Shown here: in pieces, positions 53,543 to 63,650 of the stretch
How positions within the stretch are numbered: the first letter of the stretch is position 1
How the letters are laid out: every line of letters starts with the position of its first letter
Assembly: GCA_965197925.1 (NCBI GenBank)
Contig: CBDAOC010000019.1
Coordinates: 528,053-592,052, forward strand
Length of the DNA stretch: 64,000 bases
Origin: Nitrososphaerales archaeon
GTDB lineage: Archaea; Thermoproteota; Nitrososphaeria; Nitrososphaerales; UBA213
Direction of reading: 5' to 3'
The notes under the pieces: generated by a model
Told to the model about the DNA's origin: nothing
What the model saw: the letters and a program-made list of their open reading frames with translations, nothing else
The model's database searches: none
Made by a program: the position numbers and the translations under genes

Positions 53543-54685
53543 TTGCCCAATGTAGGAATCGTAAAATATCATGTTAAAATAAAGTTTGATGTCGATGGAG
53601 TAGTCGAGAAGGCTGATATTATCGGAGCGATTTTTGGACAAACGGAGGGACTACTTGGACCAGAAATGAATCTAAATGAACTGCAGAAGCTTTCGAAGGT
53701 TGGGAGAATCGAAGTAAACATAGAAAGCAAGCCTGACAAGACATTTGGAGCAGTAGTGATACCAATGAGCACCGATATATCTACATCTGCTTTGATAGCA
53801 GCTGGGGTGGAAAGTATAGACAAGGTAGGACCATTCCAGGCAAAGTTCAATCTCGTTGGAATCGAGGACATTAGAGAAACGAAGAAGAGGGTCATAGTGA
53901 ATAGAGCGAAGAAAATAGTACAGGAATGGGCGACTAAAACGATCAGTGAGAGTGAAGAGATGCTAAAGGATGTCTATGATGCAACTAAGCCAGGAAAGCT
54001 GACCACTTTTGGAAAGGAACAACTTGCATCGGGGTCTGGTATTTATGAGTCCGACTGGATCATCCTCGTTGAAGGTAGGGCCGATGTGATTAACCTTTTG
54101 AGAGCTGGCTTTGATAATTCTGTTGCAATAGAAGGAGCTAGAATCGCAGAACCTGTAGTGCAGTTATGCAAGGGGAAACGTCGGGTTATTGCTTTACTAG
54201 ATGGAGATAGAGCGGGTGACTTGATACTGAAGGAATTAGAAGGTGCGGTAAATCTAGACACTGTCTTAAGAGCACCATCAGGGAAAGAAGTTGAAGATCT
54301 CACTCCACGGGAAATAGTTGACATATTAAAAGATGCGGTTGAAATAGTGAAGTCCAAAGTTAGCACAAAACCTTTGGGAGATGACATGGATAATTTTACT
54401 ACAAAGGTTAAAGAGATATTCACCGAAATAAATGAAACGCTGGAAGCGGTAGCACTTGATAATTCATTGAATCAGTTATTTAAGGTACCAGTTAGCGAAC
54501 TTGTCCAAAAACTTCAGGATGGAGAAGATGCAAAGTATCTCGTATTAGATGGAATAATCACTCAAAGACTGGTAGATGCTGCCAATAAGGCTGGGCTTCA
54601 TCACCTAGTAGGACACAGAATGACTGGGTTGAAGAAAGGATACGACTTGACTTTGAGAACGTTTGAAGAATTAGGTATGAACTAA
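53543..54685 (+). CDS. dnaG: Archaeal DnaG (primase-like, exosome-associated)
   Basis: GAIFGQTEGLLG, VEGRADV, DGDRAG and DGIITQRL; GGAGG upstream of the TTG start. Confidence 0.95.
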   Translation: MPNVGIVKYHVKIKFDVDGVVEKADIIGAIFGQTEGLLGPEMNLNELQKLSKVGRIEVNIESKPDKTFGAVVIPMSTDISTSALIAAGVESIDKVGPFQAKFNLVGIEDIRETKKRVIVNRAKKIVQEWATKTISESEEMLKDVYDATKPGKLTTFGKEQLASGSGIYESDWIILVEGRADVINLLRAGFDNSVAIEGARIAEPVVQLCKGKRRVIALLDGDRAGDLILKELEGAVNLDTVLRAPSGKEVEDLTPREIVDILKDAVEIVKSKVSTKPLGDDMDNFTTKVKEIFTEINETLEAVALDNSLNQLFKVPVSELVQKLQDGEDAKYLVLDGIITQRLVDAANKAGLHHLVGHRMTGLKKGYDLTLRTFEELGMN

Positions 54686-54693
54686 GGTAGGCC

Positions 54694-55389
54694 ATGCCAG
54701 AGTTAAAACTTCAGCATATACTTACGCTAATTGAGTTACTGATTAGGGGAGCTAGGTATAACTACATAGTGATAACTACCGAAAGCTTAGGTAAAACTAT
54801 CAATCGATCACAACAGGCTGCATCTAAACACCTGCTTGATCTTGAAAATGATGGATGTGTGCACAGAGTTAGGAAGGGAAGGGGATTCCGAGTTAAGGTT
54901 ACGGAGAAAGGGGGTGAACAAATGTCAAAACTTTATACATCATTAAAATCAGCATTGGATTCAGATCTGGTTCGTTTGGAATTCAACGGTGTGGCTATCT
55001 CTGGTATGGGTGAAGGTGCTTATTATATGTCTCAAAAATTCTATAAGAGGCAATTTATGAAGAGGTTAGGATTCGAACCATATCCTGGGACATTAAACGT
55101 AAAACTTTCAGAGCAGGTATATGTAAATGCGAAGAAAGAACTTGACAATCATCCCTCAATCTTAATTGATGGCTTCAACAACGGTAAAAGATCTTATGGC
55201 TGGGTTAAGTGTTATCCTGCAAGAATAAACAATTCGATAAATGGTGCGCTACTTGTGCTTGAAAGGACTCACCATGATTATGATATTATTGAGGTGATTG
55301 CACCGGTCAAGATAAAAGATTCGATAGGTATAACCGATGGTGATAGAATAAGTGTAACTGTGAAAATCCTAAGGAATGCCCAAAGTTAG
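54694..55389 (+). CDS. ribK: CTP-dependent riboflavin kinase with N-terminal wHTH
   Basis: SQQAASKHL HTH, SGMGEGAYY, PYPGTLN and ERTHH. Confidence 0.92.
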   Translation: MPELKLQHILTLIELLIRGARYNYIVITTESLGKTINRSQQAASKHLLDLENDGCVHRVRKGRGFRVKVTEKGGEQMSKLYTSLKSALDSDLVRLEFNGVAISGMGEGAYYMSQKFYKRQFMKRLGFEPYPGTLNVKLSEQVYVNAKKELDNHPSILIDGFNNGKRSYGWVKCYPARINNSINGALLVLERTHHDYDIIEVIAPVKIKDSIGITDGDRISVTVKILRNAQS

Positions 55390-56003
55390 GTGGTATATAG
55401 TGAATGACCTAAATCTTTTTTAATCAATGAGCTTTTAAGGTCGGGTACTGGTGACTGAAGTCTAACCACCTGTACATCAAGTAACTTCTTATTACACTCG
55501 TCAATAATAAATTTCTCCTCATGGACTTGATCGTATCCTAGGGCTATAATGTTGGGTCTGACCAGTTCTACAGTCTTGAATATATCCTTCTCGTGACCCA
55601 ATAATGCAATGTCAACAAATGCTAATGAAGCTACAAGCTCTAGTCTCAACTTCTCGTCATGTATAGGAGCATTGCCCTTGCTCTTCAGAACAGTTGAATT
55701 TCTAGCAATAACTACAATCAGAATATCTCCCAAGGCTTTTGCCGACTTTAGAGTGTGTATATGACCAGGATGTATTATATCAAATACGCCACCTGCAAAT
55801 ACTACCTTCAGCGCATCTCTCCCAATGTCCATAAGAACAATTTTATCTTTGTCTACCATTCCTAGAGCAACTAACTCATCTATTCGTTTATTCATTAAAT
55901 CACTACTAATGAAGGTCCTTTCCTTGCTTCTCTCGAATAAATTCCTGCCGTCAATATTACTCATATATATACATGAGAGTAAAATCTTATCTAATTCTTC
56001 CAA
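55386..56003 (-). CDS. ribL: FAD synthetase (cytidylyltransferase family) with an N-terminal extension
   Basis: GGVFDIIHPGH and ALGYDQ motifs; convergent with ribK. Confidence 0.85.
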   Translation of the reverse strand: MEELDKILLSCIYMSNIDGRNLFERSKERTFISSDLMNKRIDELVALGMVDKDKIVLMDIGRDALKVVFAGGVFDIIHPGHIHTLKSAKALGDILIVVIARNSTVLKSKGNAPIHDEKLRLELVASLAFVDIALLGHEKDIFKTVELVRPNIIALGYDQVHEEKFIIDECNKKLLDVQVVRLQSPVPDLKSSLIKKDLGHSLYTT

Positions 56004-56089
56004 ACGATTAACCTAACCATTTGTTATATTAAAATCATGACCGCTTGGCATGTCTTTCTAAGCTTCTTTATCAGCTTAATACCTACTAA

Positions 56090-57131
56090 GAGCTTATCCT
56101 AAAATTAACATCATAGCCTAATTGTTTATACCGAAACAGATCTAGATCTGTCCTCTCTAGCTAAATTTGTGAGAAAATCAAAGAAAAAGAGCATGCCGAC
56201 CATATGGCATATACCAGACAATCTATGGGAAGAGTTCAAACTAGTGTTGCTACCAGAGAAACCAGCAAGAACAGTTGGAAGGCCAGCTGTGCCATTTAGA
56301 AAAGTATTGAATGGAATACTGTACGTATTAAGAACTGGATGCCAGTGGAAGAAGGTATCTAAAGAATTTGGTTCTGGCTCAACTTGCCATGCAAGATTTC
56401 AGGAATGGATTGGGATAGGAGTATTCAAGAAGGTATGGAAGAGGCTGCTGGAAATATATGATGAATTGAAGGGTATAGGATGGGACTGGCAATCCATGGA
56501 TAGCGTACCGAAGGCCCCATTAGGGGGAAAACGGCCGGAGCAAACCCAACGGATAGAGGCAAGCTAGGTACCAAACGTCACATGCTGGTTGATAGAAGAG
56601 GAGTACCTCTCTCATCTGTAATTACTGGAGCAAACAAGCACGATATGAAATCAGCCTTTCCTACAATAGATAGCATTGTTGTTGATAGGCCCAAAGTTAA
56701 ACAGAACATATGCATGAATAGGATATGATTTCCCTGAGATAGAGTATGGAGTTAGGAAGGGGATATGTGGATCACATTCGTCGTAAGGGTGAAGTGTTGA
56801 AAAAGAATTTGTACAAAGCAAAGAGATGGGTTGTAGAAAGAACCGCATCTTGGCATAACAGGTTCAGAAAGTTATTGGTAAGGTTCGAGAAGAGAGAGGA
56901 AAATTATCAGGCGCTAGTAGAATTTGCTAACTGCCTAATAGTGTATAGAGCGATATATTGGTAGTGTCATAAACACGTTAATGCAACTGTTTCTAGTATC
57001 TACTATCTACAATACTAATAAAATCAATAGTAAGAAAACTAAACCTAATATTATGAACTAATATTCTTGCATTCTAAATGTTATCATTTCTACCAATCAT
57101 TAACTATCAGCTAGAATTTTAGGATAGGCTC
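56090..57131 (+). mobile_element. IS5-family element type C (IS1031/IS427-like), defective
   Basis: TIRs GAGCTTATCCTAAAATT / AATTTTAGGATAGGCTC with TAA on both flanks. orfA has LRTGCQW. orfB fragments carry DRGKLGTKRH and RWVVERT with a broken DKGY region. Confidence 0.92.
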
Positions 57132-58169
57132 TAACTTCCCAACATGTGCTTCAATGCCCTTAATGGTCTTCCTGTCAAGTAGTTGTAGTATACCATCAGC
57201 TGGTATAGCAATATAGAAATCAGAACGATGCTCCTAGCTTTATCAAATCCTCTAACAGGTAGTGGGTCTATATCAAATACATCCTTCATATGCTCTATCA
57301 ATGGTTCAACGCTTATGCTCCTCCGAGAATATACATGCTCAAATTCCGATTGATAGAACTGCAGCAATGCCAGTCTATTATTATCTGTAGTATGCTTGTA
57401 CCTTTCCAATGGGAATACTGGATGCCCTCTATACCTGCTGAAATCACATAACTTGTGATCATCATATCCTTCATCTCCTACAACATACCTTACCATTCCT
57501 GTAGGCAATGAAGATGTTATGCTTTCATACATCTTGTTATCAGTAATGTTAGCTGTTGTGAAATCAGCTGATAATGGAACTATCAATGAACCTGTGCTAC
57601 ATGCTAGATGCATCTTGTATCCGAATACCCATCCCTTGGTTCTGCTGTAGCCCCATCGAGCATCTGTATCTATACCGGAGCGTGGCACTTCATTCTTCTT
57701 CATGCTAGATTTGTGCCATACATGTCCCTTTGCCTTCAACAATGAACTGTCAACGGATACTATGAATGAGTCTACCACCCATCTTTTATGAAGAGCATAC
57801 CCATAGCACCTATCCTTGATCTTATGTCAATTGATATGGCCTTGACCTTCTGTCGAATGTTCTTCTGTCTGGCAACCTATCAAGACCACATGCCTTCATT
57901 ACCTTCCTGTTGTATGGCATGTCTATCGAAAAATATTCATGCAAAGCATTGTTGCTTGGTATTCTTATCCATACTCTAACGATGAAGCATCTCACCATAA
58001 CTGTAGGAGAATAGTAGAATGGTCTACCCCTTTTCCTATTAGGTTTTGACCAAGGAATCACGTCAATCAAAAATAATATACGAAGAAGTATCGAGTCTGA
58101 GCTAAACATATCAACAATGAAAAATGGAACCTGATCTTATCGTTTCGAACTAAATTACGCCCAAGCCTC
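57132..58169 (-). mobile_element. IS type B, copy 2 (frameshifted, right end missing)
   Basis: Highly similar to 35471-36510. The left TIR ends at 58169 and the copy is cut at the transposase stop codon by IS type C. Confidence 0.93.
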
Positions 58170-58312
58170 AATTAATTCTTCTTTCAGTCTAACCAATTCT
58201 AGTCTGATTATTTACAAGTATCAAACTGTTAAAAAAATATTCGTATTATTGTTTGGTGTTACTCAATATTGGTAACAGAAGATATGGTGTTACTCAATAT
58301 ATGGTCTAAGAA

Positions 58313-58387
58313 CTAAGATATGGTCTAAGATATGGTCTAAGATATGGTCTAAGATATGGTCTAAGATATGGTCTAAGATATGGTCTA
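58313..58387. repeat. 12-bp minisatellite (CTAAGATATGGT) x6
   Basis: Six perfect units from 58313, preceded by degenerate units and a TGGTGTTACTCAATAT duplication. Confidence 0.95.
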
Positions 58388-58613
58388 GCACTTGGGGTGG
58401 AATTGAATATTCACTAAGATAAAATATCACTTATTGGATCATTATAGGAATGTATATCATCTTTTAAAAATATCGATTCAGACTGTCAGTGATCGGCGTA
58501 CAAATTATTATTAGGTGAAGAATCTAATCTGAAAATAATATTGATGGGAATGGTAAAAAAAAAAGGGATAGAATTCTCATGAGGCTTCTTCAACATGAGA
58601 CATATCCACTTGC

Positions 58614-58829
58614 TCACATACATGCTGGATAAGGGTAGGGATCTGAGTAATCGTTTACAACGCTTTCGTCCACGTGGGAGGGCAAATTCCCGATGAACAC
58701 TTCGTCATAAAAGTACATGTCCGAATGTGTTGCGAAGGCATTTGCCTGGAAGCCCAGTGCCGCTACAGCGATAGTTCCCAACATTAGCAATGTGAACATA
58801 GTGATCTTTGTAGTATCTATTTTTTGCAT
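58614..58829 (-). CDS. Small secreted peptide/protein (71 aa)
   Basis: Signal peptide ending ANAFA, an acidic mature part of ~38 aa, and a T-rich tract downstream on the coding strand. Confidence 0.6.
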   Translation of the reverse strand: MQKIDTTKITMFTLLMLGTIAVAALGFQANAFATHSDMYFYDEVFIGNLPSHVDESVVNDYSDPYPYPACM

Positions 58830-59408
58830 ATGATTGATTTGTTTTCGAAATTCTTATTCTTTATGTGAAATGGTTTGGGGGAATATTAGATCGTTAAAGA
58901 AACAAGTTCATTATCGAAGATTGATAATAAATATGATATTTGTAGTTGTATGTTCGAACTAATTCTTAGTAGATTCAATTTGGGCTCAAGTGGAGAGGGT
59001 ATAATCACTCTCCACTAAAGCCGACAGCATGGACTATGGGTCTGCCTCAGATCTAATTGGAGAAGATGCTGCAGGTAATGCATCATCCCGCCTCCAATAT
59101 GTGGTTGTTGTAATAAACACCACAACCATTGTTACGCTTGGCAAATCATAAGGTTTACCTAAAATAGTTAAATTAATTCCTGAACCGTCAAGGGTGAGTA
59201 TTTCAAACAATCAATGAGTTCATCTAAATTATTCTTGAATCAGGATAAACAATTACAGAGTATTCTGGTAGGTTCTTTCAAATGTAACTATAATGGATTT
59301 ATACACTCAGAAACTCTGACCAATAGTCGATACTTGATATTGTTATATTACTTGTTACGCTATTCTAAGACTATATCTATAAGGAGGTAGTTCTTTTATT
59401 GTCTACTT

Positions 59409-60212
59409 GTGAGTAAGAAAAAGAAGTTGGCAATTATTGTTCCGATACCAATACTGGTAATTGCCTTTGTAGTATTTCCGCTTGGTTTCTCAACTTCCAA
59501 TTTACAATTTTCGGCGCATGCTCTTCCGGCGAAACCTGGAGAGGATATAATCATAAACATAAAAGTCGTTAATCAAGGATCCACAGTTTGGAACATCAGT
59601 GCGGAAACTGAATTTGACGATATTCCAACAAGTAGTAATTCGTTATTCATATTGAGTGAAGGAGATTCGGCATCATTAAAAATCACCCACCCTGCTCCAG
59701 ATATTGATGACGGGGTGTATCAAACCAAAGTTCGTCTCAAATATTCCAGTGGGTTTGTAAATAGAGAAACTTCCTCTAAAACAGTAGACTATACAATACT
59801 ACCTGATGTAGAGATAACTGATTTGGGTTGGGGTAGGCAACTTGAGTTGCCACGCGGTTTTGGTGATGTAGGGAGGGGAGCCGTGAATCTAATTATGGGT
59901 AAAAATTCACTTTGTATCACCGATAGTACTGTTCTAGCATTCAAAGTTCACAACAAGAGTGCCAATGTATACTATAACAATTTGTCAGCATCAATAACAC
60001 TGAGCAACTCACACTATAGCATAAGCATCGCACCCACCACACTGGAGCTAGAATCGATTGGACCAGATAGAAGTAATGAATATTCCTTGGAAATTTCTAC
60101 GAACAACTCTCCCCCATCCAGCAACGAATTAATTATTTCCGTTTTCTCAGAGGTTTCCAGGGGCACTCCCTCGGCACAGACCAAAACAAGTTTTTCTATA
60201 AACTCCTGTTAG
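59409..60212 (+). CDS. Membrane-anchored Ig-like/CARDB-like surface protein
   Basis: KKKK plus TM helix, then beta-rich PGEDIIINIKVVNQG. Confidence 0.65.
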   Translation: MSKKKKLAIIVPIPILVIAFVVFPLGFSTSNLQFSAHALPAKPGEDIIINIKVVNQGSTVWNISAETEFDDIPTSSNSLFILSEGDSASLKITHPAPDIDDGVYQTKVRLKYSSGFVNRETSSKTVDYTILPDVEITDLGWGRQLELPRGFGDVGRGAVNLIMGKNSLCITDSTVLAFKVHNKSANVYYNNLSASITLSNSHYSISIAPTTLELESIGPDRSNEYSLEISTNNSPPSSNELIISVFSEVSRGTPSAQTKTSFSINSC

Positions 60213-60493
60213 ATTGCTTTGATATTATATCAATTAAGACTGCTCTGTAACGGAAAATCTTTTGAGGTCCCTATTCTTGGCCTCTGCATACTGATCCATT
60301 GAGGTTGGAGCTAGTATAATACCGAGAATAACCGCGGCTCATGCTAATCCCGAACATGTAGTAATCTCAATACATCCAATCTTTAATTGGAGTATTTTGT
60401 AGGTTATATAACGAGAATTCTGGCGCCCAACCTACCCATATAATAATTAATCAGGGATTAAGGTTAAATAAAGCATGAATCTCCCGCAATTCA

Positions 60494-62008
60494 ATGAAGA
60501 AACTAACTGGGCTACTTATGGCTACTATGGCTCTTACGCTATTGACATCTCCATTAACTCTATACCAAGCTGATGCAGGTATGGAAGCAAAGACGACTAT
60601 GATGAAGGCAACAGTTTACATCAAGGGCTATTTGACTGCTGCTGCAGCAGACAAACCATTTGGTGGAGATAATCTAGGCACCTTCAAGATAAGACTAAAA
60701 GACGACAACAGAGTAACATTCATTGTCAAATTATCTGGGCCAAAGATGATGACTGACAAAGTACTGGAAGGCTGGCTTGTTGATTCGGAGAGTGGATACA
60801 AATTGAGCACAGGACAATTCAATGAGAAGAATATGCTAATCTTTTCTCAAAGAATGGTAAATCCAGCGATTTACGATATGCTAGTTATAACGGAAGAACC
60901 CAAGGACGATATTAATCCTAGTCCAAGTACAACCATTGGCGGAGTTCAGCTTGCAGAACCGTTCGGCACTGCAAAGGGTGAACTTCCAACCGAGATGCCT
61001 CCCGCTCCTGGAGCAAGGGTTATTGCAGGCAAGGTGGACCTCGATAGACTTAACGTACCTCTAAAGATCCCAATGATCCAAGGTTGGTACAATTCATCGA
61101 AGGTTTATTTCATTGCAACAGAAACTTCAGACGTGGATGTTAGAGACAGAATAGAAGCTGCGACTGGTTTCAAGGCTGTGCATGCACCTGTATTGGCGGA
61201 TGCTCCTGTTGAAGCAACGGCAAATGTATACATCTTCCCGAAGGCAATAGAAATTGGTCCCGGTATAATGGGTGGTCAAACGGCTGTGTTTGATTCTACA
61301 CCTAATCAAACTGCAGATTATAGTCCGCTAAGAAAGCTTGTGGAGGTCAGATGGACTGGGGCACCTTCTCAAACACCTTTGATGTCCGTAGGAGAAATAA
61401 TGGCAGGTGTATCAGCTGGAACACTTGAACTAACAGAGACAAATATAGTCCTTAATTTGCCTATGATCAAATGGCCTGGAGGACAGATGATGGTAAAGGA
61501 GCCTGCAAAGACCTCTCTGGATCACACACCCTATGGTGGAGGACAAATATTGCAGATTGCTCAGAACAATAGATTTGCTACATTCATCGCACATAGAGGC
61601 TTTGGTTCCGACGGTCAGACCATTTATTACATTGTGACAGATGCTACGCCAAAAGGCCCTGCGGATATGATGGGTGTTGTATATGCACCCAAGACTGAGG
61701 CTTTGGCGCTATCACCAGCAGCTGTGGATCTGTTCCAATTTACCAATGGTGTTGAAGGATCAGGACCCATGGGCTTCCAACCGGGTATAGGGGCTGCAGA
61801 TGTTGGAGACGAAAATTACAGTCCAATGTGGAGAATCTCCTTCATAACATGGAATGATGCAGCTAAGCCAGGGCTAATAACAACGATGGATGGAATAACA
61901 TCACACAAGGACAACATAATAGTGGAGCTGGCAATGGATGGGAAGCACGTGGTTAACTGTCCATTTATAGTAGAAATTCCAAGAGCCGCAAGCACGACAC
62001 CTCAGTAG
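60494..62008 (+). CDS. Secreted multidomain thaumarchaeal protein
   Basis: Signal peptide, an EGWLVD...VITEEP domain, then two homologous domains (YFIATETS...YSPLR; YYIVTDAT...YSPMW). Confidence 0.75.
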   Translation: MKKLTGLLMATMALTLLTSPLTLYQADAGMEAKTTMMKATVYIKGYLTAAAADKPFGGDNLGTFKIRLKDDNRVTFIVKLSGPKMMTDKVLEGWLVDSESGYKLSTGQFNEKNMLIFSQRMVNPAIYDMLVITEEPKDDINPSPSTTIGGVQLAEPFGTAKGELPTEMPPAPGARVIAGKVDLDRLNVPLKIPMIQGWYNSSKVYFIATETSDVDVRDRIEAATGFKAVHAPVLADAPVEATANVYIFPKAIEIGPGIMGGQTAVFDSTPNQTADYSPLRKLVEVRWTGAPSQTPLMSVGEIMAGVSAGTLELTETNIVLNLPMIKWPGGQMMVKEPAKTSLDHTPYGGGQILQIAQNNRFATFIAHRGFGSDGQTIYYIVTDATPKGPADMMGVVYAPKTEALALSPAAVDLFQFTNGVEGSGPMGFQPGIGAADVGDENYSPMWRISFITWNDAAKPGLITTMDGITSHKDNIIVELAMDGKHVVNCPFIVEIPRAASTTPQ

Positions 62009-62199
62009 TAGTGAAAATCAAGATAGGTCTTTGAAAACCACTAACTTTTTTTATTTTATTATTTTGACATGTCAATGATAATTTGTGTTTGATCAGTATT
62101 AGGTGATTCAGTACCATCCTCTTCCTTTTTGGTTAGGCACCAGTTAATGTTCGAACCAAAATTATAATAGGAACTTTTCACATCTCTTCGAATAAGATA

Positions 62200-62335
62200 T
62201 TGACAGAATTGGTGGAGTACAATCAAGGTGAGGCTTTTCCCGGTAAAATAGGGCGTACTGTAGACGAGTCCTCACCAGCTTGGCCGGCTCCAGTTCGGGC
62301 CAAGGAGGGCACACCGAACATAATCTTTTTTGTCT
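62200..62335 (+). pseudogene. 5' fragment of an arylsulfatase gene
   Basis: FPGKIGRTVDESSPAWPAPVRAKEGTPNIIFFV is the typical N-terminus of this arylsulfatase subfamily. It breaks just before the expected DD motif. Confidence 0.7.
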
Positions 62336-62687
62336 CCCTAAAGACACACCATTTTTCTGCTATCGTGCAATTGAATCTCTAATGCAATATTTCAATAAAC
62401 ATGATAAAAATAAGGCATGGGATGAATTCCGTTCTGCGCTAAATATTTCTGAAGACTATATTAAGATAGGTATCAAGCCGCTTGCAGATAATATACGCCA
62501 TGGGAAGTCTCCTTTTGTTAGTGCAGCTGCAAGAGATAATATTTTGACAAAAACATGGAAAATTATCGATCGCTTTATTGTATATGCAAAAAATAATGAG
62601 GTTCCATTAGACAAATCTGAGTATATAGAACTGGTTCTGGAACAGGATTTTCGGACAGGCTCTAGGATGCTTGGAAAAAGCAGGTAA
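62330..62687 (+). pseudogene. 3' fragment of a HEPN-like helical protein
   Basis: DTPFFCYRAIESL...W...LADNIRHG pattern; no plausible own start for the conserved portion. Confidence 0.4.
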
Positions 62688-62863
62688 ACCAATAAAGGAA
62701 TATTGGGGAAGATCATTTAGCATATTGTTACCAATGATCAGTAACATATTAGGAAATGTGTCTAGTGGCCCTCTAGTGATATTCAGTAGATGGGCGGCCT
62801 GATCAAGCAGAGTTCAAACCAAGTTGCATAAATAAAAAAAGGGTATCCTGCCTAAGGATAATC

Positions 62864-63065
62864 CTAGTAAATACCACCGGGGTCTACTGACGGACAAAAC
62901 CACCGTATACTGCCGGGGTTTACATACCCTACTAACGAGCAGTCTGCAGTTATTGGCGTTTGCATGGTAACCATTACTACGAGATGCCGTGGAGCTCCCA
63001 TCTCCTCGAGATGTTTATTAAAATCAACTACTCCTACTTGGAGCTCTCCCAATTTTCTTCGCCAT
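62864..63065 (-). CDS. Small hypothetical protein, possibly with a 1-nt frameshift after MAKK
   Basis: AGGAG plus ATG at 63065 is one base out of frame with ORF 62864-63052. Confidence 0.4.
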
Positions 63066-63107
63066 AAAAAGTCTCCTGTTAGTGGAGTAACTAATCCAAT
63101 TGTTGTT

Positions 63108-63650
63108 TCACCCAGTTGTTGTTTCTCTTAGCGTACAAGTTCCACCGCTTGACGCTTGAACGGCAAGTAATATGACTGCTTTTTCGTCATCGTCATCATT
63201 TGTTTCACTAGCGGCTAGTATTACGTCATCGGTGGCCGGCGCTACAATATTCTCTGGATATATTACTCCAGTAGAGTTTGGAGCATAACTTATTACTTTA
63301 TTTGGAGAATTAAATACAATATCCTCATCCTCTTCATTAATTCTGTTCTCTCCAACTAAGACATGGAGGGAGTTCTCATTTAGAGTTCCCTTCATACTAA
63401 CAATGACTTTAGTTACTACAAAGCCTGTAGTACAGTCTATCACGTACCTGTCTCCGTCGTCCTGATCCTCATCAGTGTGTTCTAATACACTCAATGAGAT
63501 AATTTTACTTTCTAATTCTTCTTGTAAAGTGTCTATCTTAGCTTCTAGACCTGTGTGCACCGTGCTTGCCCTCTCTACCGGCATCAAGGCGAATATCCCT
63601 GCTATCAATAGCGTTGCTGCCAATATGCCTGGTATTGCCAGTTTGTTCAT
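63108..63650 (-). CDS. Secreted/surface acidic protein
   Basis: N-terminus MNKLAIPGILAATLLIAGIFALMPVERASTVH, of a type common in thaumarchaeal hypothetical proteins; two Cys. Confidence 0.75.
   Translation of the reverse strand: MNKLAIPGILAATLLIAGIFALMPVERASTVHTGLEAKIDTLQEELESKIISLSVLEHTDEDQDDGDRYVIDCTTGFVVTKVIVSMKGTLNENSLHVLVGENRINEEDEDIVFNSPNKVISYAPNSTGVIYPENIVAPATDDVILAASETNDDDDEKAVILLAVQASSGGTCTLRETTTG

Noticed and set aside
58313..58387. CRISPR array
   Set aside because: Spacerless 12-bp tandem repeat.
58983..59030. H/ACA guide RNA (hairpin AGTGGAGAG/CTCTCCACT followed by ACA)
   Set aside because: The hairpin is real, but the internal loop is only 2x2 nt and there is no K-turn/K-loop.
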